A stretch of DNA of 63,967 nt, filler included, from Candidatus Methanoxibalbensis ujae (lineage in GTDB: Archaea; Halobacteriota; Syntropharchaeia; Alkanophagales; Methanospirareceae): assembly GCA_026134085.1 (NCBI GenBank). It is 3 parts of 3 records of this genome, joined end to end, with 100 filler letters (N's around TTAATTAATTAA, not from the genome) between each part and the next. Parts side by side here need not be neighbours in the genome. Positions count along the whole stretch, not along the records: positions 51,214 to 63,967 come from JAOQIN010000048.1; 2 more parts are not named here. One strand, given 5' to 3'. The notes below the pieces were generated by a model, which had not been told where the DNA came from, did no database searches, and saw only the letters and a program-made list of their open reading frames with translations. The position numbers and the translations under genes are program-made. Below are positions 51,404 through 61,303 of the stretch, piece by piece (positions within the stretch are counted from its first letter, which is position 1; each line of letters opens with the position of its first letter).

Positions 51404-52024
51404 ATGAAATATGCACGTTTCAGGAAAATGCTGGATGGGCTGATGATGGCACTTGCATTTTCATTGTTCATCAGTATAGCGGTCGTGCCACATATGAGAG
51501 AGAGCATTGGAAAGGCTTTAGATATTGTGTTCGTTCCACTTGTCAGTGTATCTGGAAATTTTCTTGTCGCAATACTTATTATTTCAGTGCTAACTGGAGT
51601 TTACACATCACTTATCCAGAAATTCACAATGAATTTTGAGCTCATGGAGCGCTCAAAGGAAATTCAAATGCGTCTCAGAGAAATTCAGCGTGCTTATATG
51701 GAGGCGAGGAAGGAGGACGACAAGAAAAAACTGAAGAAGGTGGAGCGAGAGCAGAAGCGGTTGATGAGCGAACAGATGAAGATATCCGGTGAACTGCTCA
51801 GGCATAATATGAAACCAATGGCATACAGCATACTCATCACGCTCCCCATATTTTTCTGGATGTGGGGATATGCACATAGAAACGATATCTCTGTGATATT
51901 TCCGTTTAGTTATGGAGAAGTTCATTTATCAAGTTCAATTTTTGTGTTTGAATACTGGATGATATGGTATTTCATATGCTCAATCACCGCAACTACAATA
52001 ATAAGAAAGGTGCTTTGGATGTGA
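51404..52024 (+). CDS. DUF106 / EMC3-TMCO1 (Oxa1 superfamily) membrane protein
   Basis: TM-coiled coil-TM, MKPMAYSILITLPIFFWM and WMIWYFICS..IRKVL. Confidence 0.85.
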   Translation: MKYARFRKMLDGLMMALAFSLFISIAVVPHMRESIGKALDIVFVPLVSVSGNFLVAILIISVLTGVYTSLIQKFTMNFELMERSKEIQMRLREIQRAYMEARKEDDKKKLKKVEREQKRLMSEQMKISGELLRHNMKPMAYSILITLPIFFWMWGYAHRNDISVIFPFSYGEVHLSSSIFVFEYWMIWYFICSITATTIIRKVLWM

Positions 52025-52033
52025 GGGGAGAGA

Positions 52034-53053
52034 TCAAGTGAGCGATGATGGTGTGCGCACATTGAAGGATGGTCTGAGGAGTGTTGCGCCATAGTTGGAT
52101 ATGCGGCTTTTCCTGACTGTGCCGAACTCTTTCAGTGTCCTGCTCTCACCTATCACAAAAACGACCTCGCCGAGCATTGCGACGCTCGCGATTTTGCTGT
52201 CATGAGAAGCGACTGCTTCAATTGCATCTACGCATTTATCACTCACGAGCTCTGTTTTCAATGTGAAATCACGCGAAAGCATCATGAAATTTTGAACAGA
52301 AGGTTTTCGCAGAAGTTCACGCATCGCCTCCCTGCCAGCTTTATTTATTCTGCGCCTCAATGAGGATTCAGATGAGGCCTCCTCAAGAATTTTTCTTGTT
52401 TCCTTCCCACTGCCGATAACAACATAGCTCACATTCTCCCTTACGCACGGGATCCTGTCTGTTTCGCCTATGCCAGGAGGTCCAGGCTTCTTGCGAATCA
52501 CGATGCCCCCTGTGACCTCCGCGATCACATCTCCCAATCCAGTTCTGTTCTCAATCTCAGCGAGATGTGCTATCTCCGCAACCCCGTTCATTGTGAGATT
52601 GAGGGATAGAATATCGTTCAACGCGAGTGCAGTGCTCAGCGCACCTGCAGCGCTCGTTCCGAATCCGTTTTGCAGAGGCACATCAAACACTGAAGATATG
52701 ATAAGCTCTGCTGATGTGTGATCTTCTGCTGATATGAGATCCTCCGCTGATATGAGATCCTCTGCTGATGTGTGATCCGCGGATGAACGATGAATTCCTG
52801 CGGCTGCGGAAAGCATGTGCTCCACAACATATCTTGTTGTGGGGGCCTGCTCCACCTTTCCGTTCAGTTCAACGCGCAGATTTTCAATCTCACGCACAAT
52901 GCGGCTTCTGAGCGTTACATGTGTGACACATCCCGCCTCAATTACAATGCCACAGCCAACCGAGCCCTTCAAAAGCGGTTTATCACTTTCGCACATCGCA
53001 AAGAAGCCGGTGATGTGAGAAGGTGCATACGCCGCTGCAACAGCCGCTCCCAT
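52034..53053 (-). CDS. pantoate kinase (GHMP family)
   Basis: APSHITGFF, GSVGCG, PLQNGFGTSAAGAL, HLAEIENRTGLGDV and ASVAMLGE; start could be 53071. Confidence 0.9.
   Translation of the reverse strand: MGAAVAAAYAPSHITGFFAMCESDKPLLKGSVGCGIVIEAGCVTHVTLRSRIVREIENLRVELNGKVEQAPTTRYVVEHMLSAAAGIHRSSADHTSAEDLISAEDLISAEDHTSAELIISSVFDVPLQNGFGTSAAGALSTALALNDILSLNLTMNGVAEIAHLAEIENRTGLGDVIAEVTGGIVIRKKPGPPGIGETDRIPCVRENVSYVVIGSGKETRKILEEASSESSLRRRINKAGREAMRELLRKPSVQNFMMLSRDFTLKTELVSDKCVDAIEAVASHDSKIASVAMLGEVVFVIGESRTLKEFGTVRKSRISNYGATLLRPSFNVRTPSSLT
52707..52778. repeat. in-frame 18-bp tandem repeat x4 inside pantoate kinase
   Basis: Encodes DHTSAE/DLISAE/DLISAE/DHTSAE. Confidence 0.92.
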
Positions 53054-53183
53054 ATTCTCTGATTTCCTCATCTGTCTTACAGCTTCATCTGTCTTACAGC
53101 TTCGCAAATAGCGAAGTCTTGATGATCAACGATGATCAACGACAATCAGCACAGCTTTGATGCATCTGGTGCAATTTATCCAT

Positions 53184-54128
53184 ATGAAGCTGCGAGCGGA
53201 TTGCGTGCCGTGCTTGATTGAGCGTGCGAAGTTTGAATGCGACCTTGTATTCGGGGAGGAGAGAGCCAAGATAGCAGCATTAAAGGCGTTTGCAAAATTT
53301 CTCGCGGACAACCTCAGCGATGAGAGGACTCCCTCTTTCTACGGAACGGAAAGAGAGCGCATGATAAAAAGGATGAGCGGCGTTGATGACCCATATCTCG
53401 AGCTGAAGAAAAAAGCTGAAGAAGTGGCTAAATCGCTTATGCGGTATGTCGAAAAATTCTACGCATCATCTTCCGACAAAACAGAGGCTCTGCTCAGAAT
53501 TGCAGCAGTTGCAAACGCAATGGAGTATGGTGTGAGGGGATATGAATTCAATAACGAAGCTTTTGCATCAGATTTCATGCGCATGCTCAATGAAAAGCTG
53601 CACTGGGATAAGAACACAATTTATGATGCGCTGGAGAGATATGATGCGGTTCTTTATCTGACGGATAACGCGGGAGAAGTCGTTTTTGATGCATTTGTCG
53701 TCAGGGAGCTTATCAATCGCGGGAAACTCGTTGTGATATCTCCCAAAAGCGAGCCTGTGCTGAACGATGCGACTGTGGATGACCTCAAAGACGCGCTTGA
53801 GTTCATCGGAATTCCCAGCTCACACTATGCGAGCAGCATTGAGCAGGGGCGGGCGTTCATACTGCCGAGCGGCGCTTATGTGGGTGTGTCGCTTGAAGAG
53901 GCATCACCTGAATTCATAAGACTGCTGCGAGATGAGCGCTTCCTCATAATTGCAAAGGGAATGGGGAACTATGAAGGATTATCAGAGTTTGAAAGCACAC
54001 TGAGCGGTCGCCTCCTATACATACTGAAGGCGAAATGCACGCCTGTCGCTCAGAGCATAGGCGTAAATGTTGGAGAACTCGTCGCAAAACTCGTCGTCCC
54101 TCATCGCCTGCCGGCACCATGCCCCTGA
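53184..54128 (+). CDS. DUF89/ARMT1-like damage-control phosphatase
   Basis: CVPCL, DPY, ANAMEYG, LTDNAGEVVFD, LNDAT, AKGMGNYE and KAKCTPVA. Confidence 0.9.
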   Translation: MKLRADCVPCLIERAKFECDLVFGEERAKIAALKAFAKFLADNLSDERTPSFYGTERERMIKRMSGVDDPYLELKKKAEEVAKSLMRYVEKFYASSSDKTEALLRIAAVANAMEYGVRGYEFNNEAFASDFMRMLNEKLHWDKNTIYDALERYDAVLYLTDNAGEVVFDAFVVRELINRGKLVVISPKSEPVLNDATVDDLKDALEFIGIPSSHYASSIEQGRAFILPSGAYVGVSLEEASPEFIRLLRDERFLIIAKGMGNYEGLSEFESTLSGRLLYILKAKCTPVAQSIGVNVGELVAKLVVPHRLPAPCP

Positions 54129-54253
54129 GGCTGCCTCCTGACAAATCGGCTGATAAAATAAGGATTGCTTTTGATCTCAGCATCCTAATGGCACCTGATA
54201 AATACGCTCCTATGGTTGAAATAAGGCTTCATGGAGAGCGAAGGAGATGTGTG

Positions 54254-55225
54254 ATGCCTGATAGCGTGTGCCGGACACTCGCGGCGTTGTGGCAGCTTAT
54301 GAGACTTGAACACGGCATCATGTATGGGGGAGGCGTCATTCTCGGTGTCTTCCTTGCGGCGTCTTCCGACTCATCATTTTTGAGCTCAATCACAATCATT
54401 TTTGGAGTTCTCACCGCGCTCCTCCTGCAGGCAGGCACATTCGCGCTGAACGATTACTGCGACAGCGAGGTTGACATTCTCAACCGCAGAACGGACAGAC
54501 CGATTGTGAGGGGGGACCTGAGCAGGCGAGCTGCTCTTATTGTCTCCCTTGTTGCGACATCTCTCGGAATCGCATGCGCATTTTTTCTCCCGACGCCCGC
54601 ATTCTCATTTGCAATCGCACTCGCGACTGCAGCACTCGCATATGACATCAAGCTTAAAGAGATCTGCATCGCAGGAAACGCCTACATCGCATTCACAATG
54701 GCTTCTCCATTCATCTTCGGCGGTCTCATAGTCGGTCGCCTGAACTCCACAACGCTCATGATCGCTGCAATCGCATTCACAACGGGATTCGGAAGAGAGG
54801 TAATGAAGGATATAGGCGATATTAGGGGAGATCTGATAAGAAATGTGAGGAGCATAGCGATAACACGTGGCATTGGCACAGCATTGAAGACTGCAATTGC
54901 ATTTTTCATTGTATCAATCGCACTCAGCATTCTTCCTTTTGTCCTTCAAGATGTTTATTTCATGAATTTTTATTACATCGCAATCATTTTTGTTGCTGAT
55001 ATTATGTTGATGCATGTGTGTCTTCGTCTTTACAGAATTTATCGCACTGTAACGGAGTGTGAGAACCGTGAGGGGAGCAATGAACGCATGATGAATGGCG
55101 TGATGAGTGATATGATTTCGGGGAGGGATGTGGTTCGCAGTGAGATGGAGGCATGTCGCAGGGAGACTTTGATCGCACTTGCTGTGGGGATGTTTGCATT
55201 CATGTTCCCTGTGTGGATGGTATGA
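54254..55225 (+). CDS. UbiA-family prenyltransferase, probably digeranylgeranylglyceryl phosphate synthase
   Basis: NDYCDSEVDILNRRTDRPIVRG and GREVMKDIGDIRGD; multiple TMs. Confidence 0.88.
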   Translation: MPDSVCRTLAALWQLMRLEHGIMYGGGVILGVFLAASSDSSFLSSITIIFGVLTALLLQAGTFALNDYCDSEVDILNRRTDRPIVRGDLSRRAALIVSLVATSLGIACAFFLPTPAFSFAIALATAALAYDIKLKEICIAGNAYIAFTMASPFIFGGLIVGRLNSTTLMIAAIAFTTGFGREVMKDIGDIRGDLIRNVRSIAITRGIGTALKTAIAFFIVSIALSILPFVLQDVYFMNFYYIAIIFVADIMLMHVCLRLYRIYRTVTECENREGSNERMMNGVMSDMISGRDVVRSEMEACRRETLIALAVGMFAFMFPVWMV

Positions 55226-55314
55226 TATGGGTATGAGTATGAGTATGAGGGAGATGACTGCGGGAATGACCGAACGAGCATGACTTTAACTTCAGCAAGC
55301 GTGAAGTATAGGGG

Positions 55315-56748
55315 ATGTCAGAGGATTTTTTGAAATCTGTAGAGGCGGACAGGCGGATATTTTATGCGGACATCCTCGTTGACAAGGCGCATGTTGTGAT
55401 GCTTGCTGAGCAGCACATAATAGAGGGGCATGTGGCAGGTGCGATTCTTTCAGCGCTTGGAGACTTGGAGCGCAGGGGAGAGGAATTTCTGGATAATGTG
55501 CTTCCTTTATATGAGGATGTGCACACGGCTATTGAGGCAACACTTATCAAAGAGCTTGGCGAGGACATAGGCGGCAGAATGCACACAGCGCGCTCAAGAA
55601 ATGATGAAGTCGCAACATGTATAAGAATTGTGCTGCGTGAGGACATTTTGAAGTTGGGAAGTGCGCTTAACTCACTCAGGCGTGTGCTGCTTTCCCGCGC
55701 ATCTGAGGAAACAGAGACGATAATGCCGGGATACACACATCTGCAGCATGCGCAGCCGACAACGCTTTCTCATCACCTGATCGCGCATTTTGACGCTTTT
55801 TCAAGGGATTTTGAGCGCCTGGAAGACGCTTTCAAAAGGACAAACCGCAGTCCGCTCGGCGCAGCGGCACTCGCAGGCACTGGATTTGATGTGAACAGAG
55901 AAAGAACTGCAGAGCTGCTCGGTTTTTATGATATCGTTGAAAACACGATGGATTCTGTGAGCGCGAGGGATTTCATCATTGAGGCCATAGCATGCTGCTC
56001 AAACATCATGGTGAATCTCTCAAGGCTCGCTGAGGAGCTTATATTATGGAGCACATCAGAGTTCTCATTCGCCGATATAATGGCAACAGGAAGCTCAATA
56101 ATGCCTCAAAAACGCAATCCGGACTACGCCGAGCTCGTCAGAGCAAAGGCATGCACTGTGTTCGGATGCATGACCGCTGTCCTTTCCATGCTTAAGGCAC
56201 TGCCCCTCTCATATAACCGCGACATGCAGGAAGCCACACCTCACCTGTTCAACGCATTCCGGGCAACTCTCTCATCAGTGGAGGTGATGCGTGATATGAT
56301 CGCAGGCGCGCATTTCAACCGTGAAAGGATGCGGGAAGAGGCGGAAAAGGGAGAGATGTTCGCCACAGAGCTCGCAGACATGCTCGTCAGAAATCACGGA
56401 TTCGCATTCAGAAAGGCACACCGCATCGTCTCCTCAACAATCGCTGAAATCTGCGCCTCCGCGCCTGACACCCTGCAGGCACGGCGAGATGCACTGAAAA
56501 ACAGACTGAAAAGCAAGCTGTCAGGTATTGGTCTCAGTGATGATGAGATAGATGAGGCAATGGACATACGCGCAAACATAAAACGAAGAAAGACAGCGGG
56601 AGGTCCCGCAAATGTTGAGCAGGCAATTGAGAAAAGATGGGAAATACTGAAAAAAGATGAGACACTTATCTCTCATAAAGAGGAGAAACTGAGAGAGAGC
56701 CTTGAAAATCTTGAGCGAGAGACAGAAAAATGGATACGAAAGTTATGA
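55315..56748 (+). CDS. argH: argininosuccinate lyase
   Basis: EDVHTAIE, HTARSRNDEV, MPGYTHLQHAQP, GSSIMPQKRNPD and YNRDMQE. Confidence 0.96.
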   Translation: MSEDFLKSVEADRRIFYADILVDKAHVVMLAEQHIIEGHVAGAILSALGDLERRGEEFLDNVLPLYEDVHTAIEATLIKELGEDIGGRMHTARSRNDEVATCIRIVLREDILKLGSALNSLRRVLLSRASEETETIMPGYTHLQHAQPTTLSHHLIAHFDAFSRDFERLEDAFKRTNRSPLGAAALAGTGFDVNRERTAELLGFYDIVENTMDSVSARDFIIEAIACCSNIMVNLSRLAEELILWSTSEFSFADIMATGSSIMPQKRNPDYAELVRAKACTVFGCMTAVLSMLKALPLSYNRDMQEATPHLFNAFRATLSSVEVMRDMIAGAHFNRERMREEAEKGEMFATELADMLVRNHGFAFRKAHRIVSSTIAEICASAPDTLQARRDALKNRLKSKLSGIGLSDDEIDEAMDIRANIKRRKTAGGPANVEQAIEKRWEILKKDETLISHKEEKLRESLENLERETEKWIRKL

Positions 56749-56940
56749 GGCTGCAATTATTGCCTCACATGAGTTGTCAATGAGTTGTCACACTGCCTGT
56801 CACACTTTCCGCTCAGCTCATGCTGAACGATGCGCTTGTGCTGTGCTGTGTTTGAGTATTGCTGTTTGCTGTGGGTGTGTTGCTGTGGGTGTGAGTATTG
56901 CTGTTAAGTATCTCTGTGTTTTGTGTGTCTTGATGACAAG

Positions 56941-57999
56941 TCATCTTGAACTCATCTTCTCACCTCTTTTTCTCTTCAATTTTGCGATCTTCACTATTTC
57001 TCTTAATCCCTCTTCTTTTATCTCCTCAGCCTCTATGTATCCATCACGAATTGCTCCATTGACGAGTTTTTCACCTTCTTCTGTCCTCACGATAACTGTT
57101 GAGAAGCCATCCGGCGAGCCGACACTTCCGACCGAGATATCTGCGAGTTCAGATGCGAAATCCGTGCAGACGAGGCAGCCTTCCCCAACGAAATGCTCAA
57201 TCTCGGAGAGAGGGATCCTGTGAACATCTTTTCCGTAAATGCACATCTCCCTGCCCTTTATATCAAATTTCCGCACATTTTCAAGCGGACATATCTTATC
57301 AATGAAATCAAGCATTTCTTCGCTGAAGTTTTCCATGCAGAAAAGCCCTATCAGCAGTTTTATCTTATCCTGATTTATATCATAAGGCTGTTCAGTTGTC
57401 TGAACAATTCTCAATCCCTGAATCTGACATGGCAGACCCACAAATCCTATGCTCGAATATCCGTGTTCTATCGCCTCTTTCACTCCGATGACGCTCGGAA
57501 ATATTGAGTATTTAGTGCCAGCACTCGCACACAGCGCATCATAATCAGCGGCAACTTTCACCGAAACCCTCCATTTTTTCTCATCACATGTTGTGACCAC
57601 CGCGCAGTCAATTATCTGTTTATCAATTGCGTATGCGAGGATCGCCGTAACTGCACCACCGTCCTGCCCGTTGTGCTCAAACATATCAGAGCGGCGGACG
57701 GCGTAGCATTTTCTGAAAACGCCTACATACTCCTCCTCATCCCTTCTCGTTCGCTCAAATATTTTGCGCTCGACATGATCCATTGAGATAAATGTCCTCG
57801 GACATATTGTGTAGCACAGACCGCACACGGTGTCGTGTTCGTAGCGGAATTTCGGCTTATCCGAGATGTCTATCTTGTCACAGAACGCAGCACATGTACC
57901 GCAGCGTGAGCAGAGACCTCTGTCAACAACTTCTCTCTTCAGATCTTCAAATCCGAATTCCATAAATGCCGGAATCCTCACAAAATCTTCCATGTGCAT
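56941..57999 (-). CDS. F420-binding hydrogenase/dehydrogenase beta subunit (FrhB/FdhB/FpoF-like) with N-terminal ferredoxin
   Basis: CSRCGTCAAFC, GQDGGAVT, AGTKYS, VGLPCQI, GLFCMENF and CLVCTDF..ADISVGSVGS. Confidence 0.9.
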   Translation of the reverse strand: MHMEDFVRIPAFMEFGFEDLKREVVDRGLCSRCGTCAAFCDKIDISDKPKFRYEHDTVCGLCYTICPRTFISMDHVERKIFERTRRDEEEYVGVFRKCYAVRRSDMFEHNGQDGGAVTAILAYAIDKQIIDCAVVTTCDEKKWRVSVKVAADYDALCASAGTKYSIFPSVIGVKEAIEHGYSSIGFVGLPCQIQGLRIVQTTEQPYDINQDKIKLLIGLFCMENFSEEMLDFIDKICPLENVRKFDIKGREMCIYGKDVHRIPLSEIEHFVGEGCLVCTDFASELADISVGSVGSPDGFSTVIVRTEEGEKLVNGAIRDGYIEAEEIKEEGLREIVKIAKLKRKRGEKMSSR

Positions 58000-58073
58000 C
58001 CCTTTCCCCTTTGACTTTATTTTGGCTTTATTTTGGCTTTATTTCAGCCCCACCTTTATTTCCCTTATTTCCC

Positions 58074-58994
58074 TTATTTCAGCCCCGCCTTCTCCCTCAG
58101 TTTCTCATATTTTTCGTTCACTTTCCGCTGTATTTCTTCCACCACTTCATCCGTAAGATGTCTGAATCTTCCCTGTTTCATGAGATACTCGCGGACTGGT
58201 TTGAGAGGATATCTGTCAAAGTTGAGACGATATTCCCCCCTTTCAACCTCGTAAAGTGGAAATACTCCTGTCTCAACTGCCAGCCTGCCCACCTCTATTG
58301 TGAGATTTGGAGGCTGTCTCCATCCAGTCGGGCATTGGCTGAGTATGTGGATGTATGCAGGCCCCTCAATCATCGCACCCTTTCGCACTTTTCTCATGAG
58401 ATCAATGGGGAAAGATGGGCAGGCGGTTGCCACATACGGTATGCCGTGAGCAACTGCAATCTCAGGCATGTCCTTCTTCCATGTCATCTGCCCTATGCTT
58501 CGCTTTCCAGCTGGTGAGGTTGTTGTGGCTGCGCCGTAAGGTGTTGATGAGGAGCGCTGAATGCCTGTGTTCATGTATGCCTCGTTGTCAAAGCAGCAGA
58601 AAAGTATGTTGTGACCTCTCTCAAGTGCCCCTGACAGTGCCTGAATGCCTATATCCGCTGTGCCACCGTCTCCTGCAAAACCCGCGAATGTGATTTTTCT
58701 CCTCTTTCGCTTCCCCTTTCGCTCGAGCACCTTGTATGCCGATTCAATGCCGCTCACCACAGCACCCACATTCTCAAAAAGCGTGTGTATCCATGGCACC
58801 CTCCATGATGTCTGTGGCAGCGCGGATGATATTATCTCTATGCATCCAGTTGCGTTCACAATTATCGTGTCACGACCGAGCGCCTTGCATACAAGACGCA
58901 CAGCTAGCGCTTCACCACATCCCTGACACGCACGATGCCCTGGTGCGAGCAATTCATCCGTCGTGACGAGAACGGGATTCATGTCCTCCATCAT
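58074..58994 (-). CDS. porB: pyruvate/2-oxoacid:ferredoxin oxidoreductase beta subunit
   Basis: PGHRACQGCG, ATGC, FEN, GDGGTADIG, DNEAYMNTGIQRS and CPTGW. Confidence 0.92.
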   Translation of the reverse strand: MMEDMNPVLVTTDELLAPGHRACQGCGEALAVRLVCKALGRDTIIVNATGCIEIISSALPQTSWRVPWIHTLFENVGAVVSGIESAYKVLERKGKRKRRKITFAGFAGDGGTADIGIQALSGALERGHNILFCCFDNEAYMNTGIQRSSSTPYGAATTTSPAGKRSIGQMTWKKDMPEIAVAHGIPYVATACPSFPIDLMRKVRKGAMIEGPAYIHILSQCPTGWRQPPNLTIEVGRLAVETGVFPLYEVERGEYRLNFDRYPLKPVREYLMKQGRFRHLTDEVVEEIQRKVNEKYEKLREKAGLK

Positions 58995-59099
58995 ATAGAC
59001 GCACCCTCCGTCAAATATCATCAATATTCATATCAATCACGCACGTCACACATCATCACACATCCTTCAGCGCATCAGCATCATTCACTGAAATTTGCT

Positions 59100-60311
59100 C
59101 TATTCTCTGACGCCGAACATCACGAATTCATCAGTTTTTGTTTTTTCACTCTTTGCTCGCTCAATTCCCTGCATAAACATCTGCTTGAAATGATCAACAG
59201 TCACATCTCTGCCTCCTATGCCCGCGATGAAAGACACTATTTTCGGACGACGGGGCTCATCATAGAGCGCTGATTTTATCTCAGCGCAGACTGGACCTCC
59301 CATTCCATATGACACGCATCTGTCAACCACAATAAGAGTGTCAATGTCGCGAACAGCATCCCTCAACTCCTCAAAGGGGAAAGGTCTCCACAATCTTATC
59401 CTCAGAAGACCCACATCACAGCCATCATCACGCAGTTCATCAACAGCAAGCATCGCAGTCTCGCTTATACTGCCCATCATGAGCATCGCAATGCTCGCAT
59501 CATCCATCCTGTATGATTCAATGAGCTCATATGAACGCCCGAAAACCTCGCCGAACTCGTGCAACACACTCTTCACTTCAGTCTTTGAACGCTCAAAAGC
59601 CACTTCCTGTGCCTTTTTTATCTCCGGATATATATAAGGAGGTGCGAAACATCCCATACTCACCGGTCTCTCGGGATCCAAGGGAAAAGGATACTCATAG
59701 TCAGGGATGAAATCTCTCACTTCTTTCTCATCCGGAATAACAAGATCTTCAATCACATGCGACAGATAGAAGCCATCCATGTGTATCATCGCGGGAAACA
59801 ACACATTTCTGTTTTCAGCGATGCGAAATGCGCATACTGTCAGGTCAAATGCTTCCTGATTGTTCTCTGCGAACATCTGAATCCAGGACACATCACGGAC
59901 AGCCATTGCATCTGAATGATCGCACCATATGCTCAGCGGTGCCGAAAGTGCCCTGTTCATCACGACCATAACGACTGGAAATCGCATTCCTGATGCGACA
60001 TAAAGCACTTCATGCATGAGCTCAAGACCCTGCGCAGATGTGCATGTGAAAGTCCTTGCTCCTGCTGCTGATGCGCCTATGCACGCGCTCATCGCTGAAT
60101 GCTCGCTCTCAACACAGATGAACTCGGCATCAAGCTCTCCGTCTGCAACCATCTCAGCCAATCTTTCAACGATGTGAGTCTGTGGTGTTATGGGATATGC
60201 GGCAATGACATCTGTGTTTGCCATCTTCACTGCTTCTGAAACTGCATGCGAGCCTTCAAGACCCACAACTCTTCCCTTGCCTCTCGGACCACCCTCATTC
60301 ATCTCATTCAT
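59100..60311 (-). CDS. porA: pyruvate/2-oxoacid:ferredoxin oxidoreductase alpha subunit
   Basis: AAYPITPQTHIVE, VESEHSAMS, NRALSAP, WRPFP and GIGGRD; start uncertain. Confidence 0.92.
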   Translation of the reverse strand: MNEMNEGGPRGKGRVVGLEGSHAVSEAVKMANTDVIAAYPITPQTHIVERLAEMVADGELDAEFICVESEHSAMSACIGASAAGARTFTCTSAQGLELMHEVLYVASGMRFPVVMVVMNRALSAPLSIWCDHSDAMAVRDVSWIQMFAENNQEAFDLTVCAFRIAENRNVLFPAMIHMDGFYLSHVIEDLVIPDEKEVRDFIPDYEYPFPLDPERPVSMGCFAPPYIYPEIKKAQEVAFERSKTEVKSVLHEFGEVFGRSYELIESYRMDDASIAMLMMGSISETAMLAVDELRDDGCDVGLLRIRLWRPFPFEELRDAVRDIDTLIVVDRCVSYGMGGPVCAEIKSALYDEPRRPKIVSFIAGIGGRDVTVDHFKQMFMQGIERAKSEKTKTDEFVMFGVRE

Positions 60312-60324
60312 CCCGCCTCTGTTT

Positions 60325-61194
60325 TCATTTCTCTCCATTATCACTATTAAAAATGGGCGCTCCTGCTTGTTGCCGGCGATGTATGCTGATTCGCATAAAC
60401 GGGCTGCAGAGATATGCAGACGAAATTATGAAAACAACGAGTGCTGGATATGTGAGAGAAAGCGAATACGAACATGATATAAACAGCACCACAACACCAA
60501 CAGCCACCGAGGGTATCACCATCCTCCCTCCTATTTTTCTGTATTTCACACGACTGCACATCATAATGCTCAACACGCACATAAATGAGAGGAACAGGAT
60601 GAAATGATGCAATGGCTTCATCAGCTGCGAGAGAAATATGAGCGAACTCAGGATGATGGCGCTTCCTGTGATGGGAAAGCCGATAAAGAAGTTCGCTGCG
60701 CTGCGGTCGTCCTCTGCTGAGTATGCAGACATAAATCTGGCGAGCCTGAGCATTCCGCTTATCACATACACACAGCTGACAACTGCATACAGGAGATCGG
60801 ACTCCGCAGAAGCACAACCCGAAGCCTCTGAAAGTGTGACGAGATGCAGAAACGATATAATTGCGGTTGCAACGCCGAATGAAATCATGTCAGCGAGCGA
60901 ATCTATGTATATTCCGAGAGGGCCTCTCCGAACGCGACGGGCGATTATCCCATCAAATCCATCCGCAGCAGCAGCGAGAAGGATGAGAAGGGGAGCAGTC
61001 TTCAATGAATGCATCGTATCCGATCCGTACGCTGCCACAGTGAGGATTGCGAAAAAACCGAGAAGCGCGTTCAAAATGGAAAACATGTCAGATACGCTGA
61101 GAACATGAAAAATGTGGACCTGTCGTGCGCTCCTCACATCCTTTTTTTTGTTTTTTTCTTTCTTTTTCTTCTTCTTCTTCTCCAAATCTCGCAT
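60325..61194 (-). CDS. pssA: archaetidylserine synthase (CDP-alcohol phosphatidyltransferase)
   Basis: DGFDGIIARR..GIYIDSLADMISFG, LRLARF and FIGFPIT. Confidence 0.85.
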   Translation of the reverse strand: MRDLEKKKKKKKEKNKKKDVRSARQVHIFHVLSVSDMFSILNALLGFFAILTVAAYGSDTMHSLKTAPLLILLAAAADGFDGIIARRVRRGPLGIYIDSLADMISFGVATAIISFLHLVTLSEASGCASAESDLLYAVVSCVYVISGMLRLARFMSAYSAEDDRSAANFFIGFPITGSAIILSSLIFLSQLMKPLHHFILFLSFMCVLSIMMCSRVKYRKIGGRMVIPSVAVGVVVLFISCSYSLSLTYPALVVFIISSAYLCSPFMRISIHRRQQAGAPIFNSDNGEK

Positions 61195-61303
61195 TTCCTC
61201 TTTCTCTCATCTGCTGCGCGCGCTCTGGTGCGAATGGGACCCGGGTGGTGCTCATTCAGTGAAATGATGTTGTTATATTAATTGCGAGAATCTTTTTCAG
61301 ATA

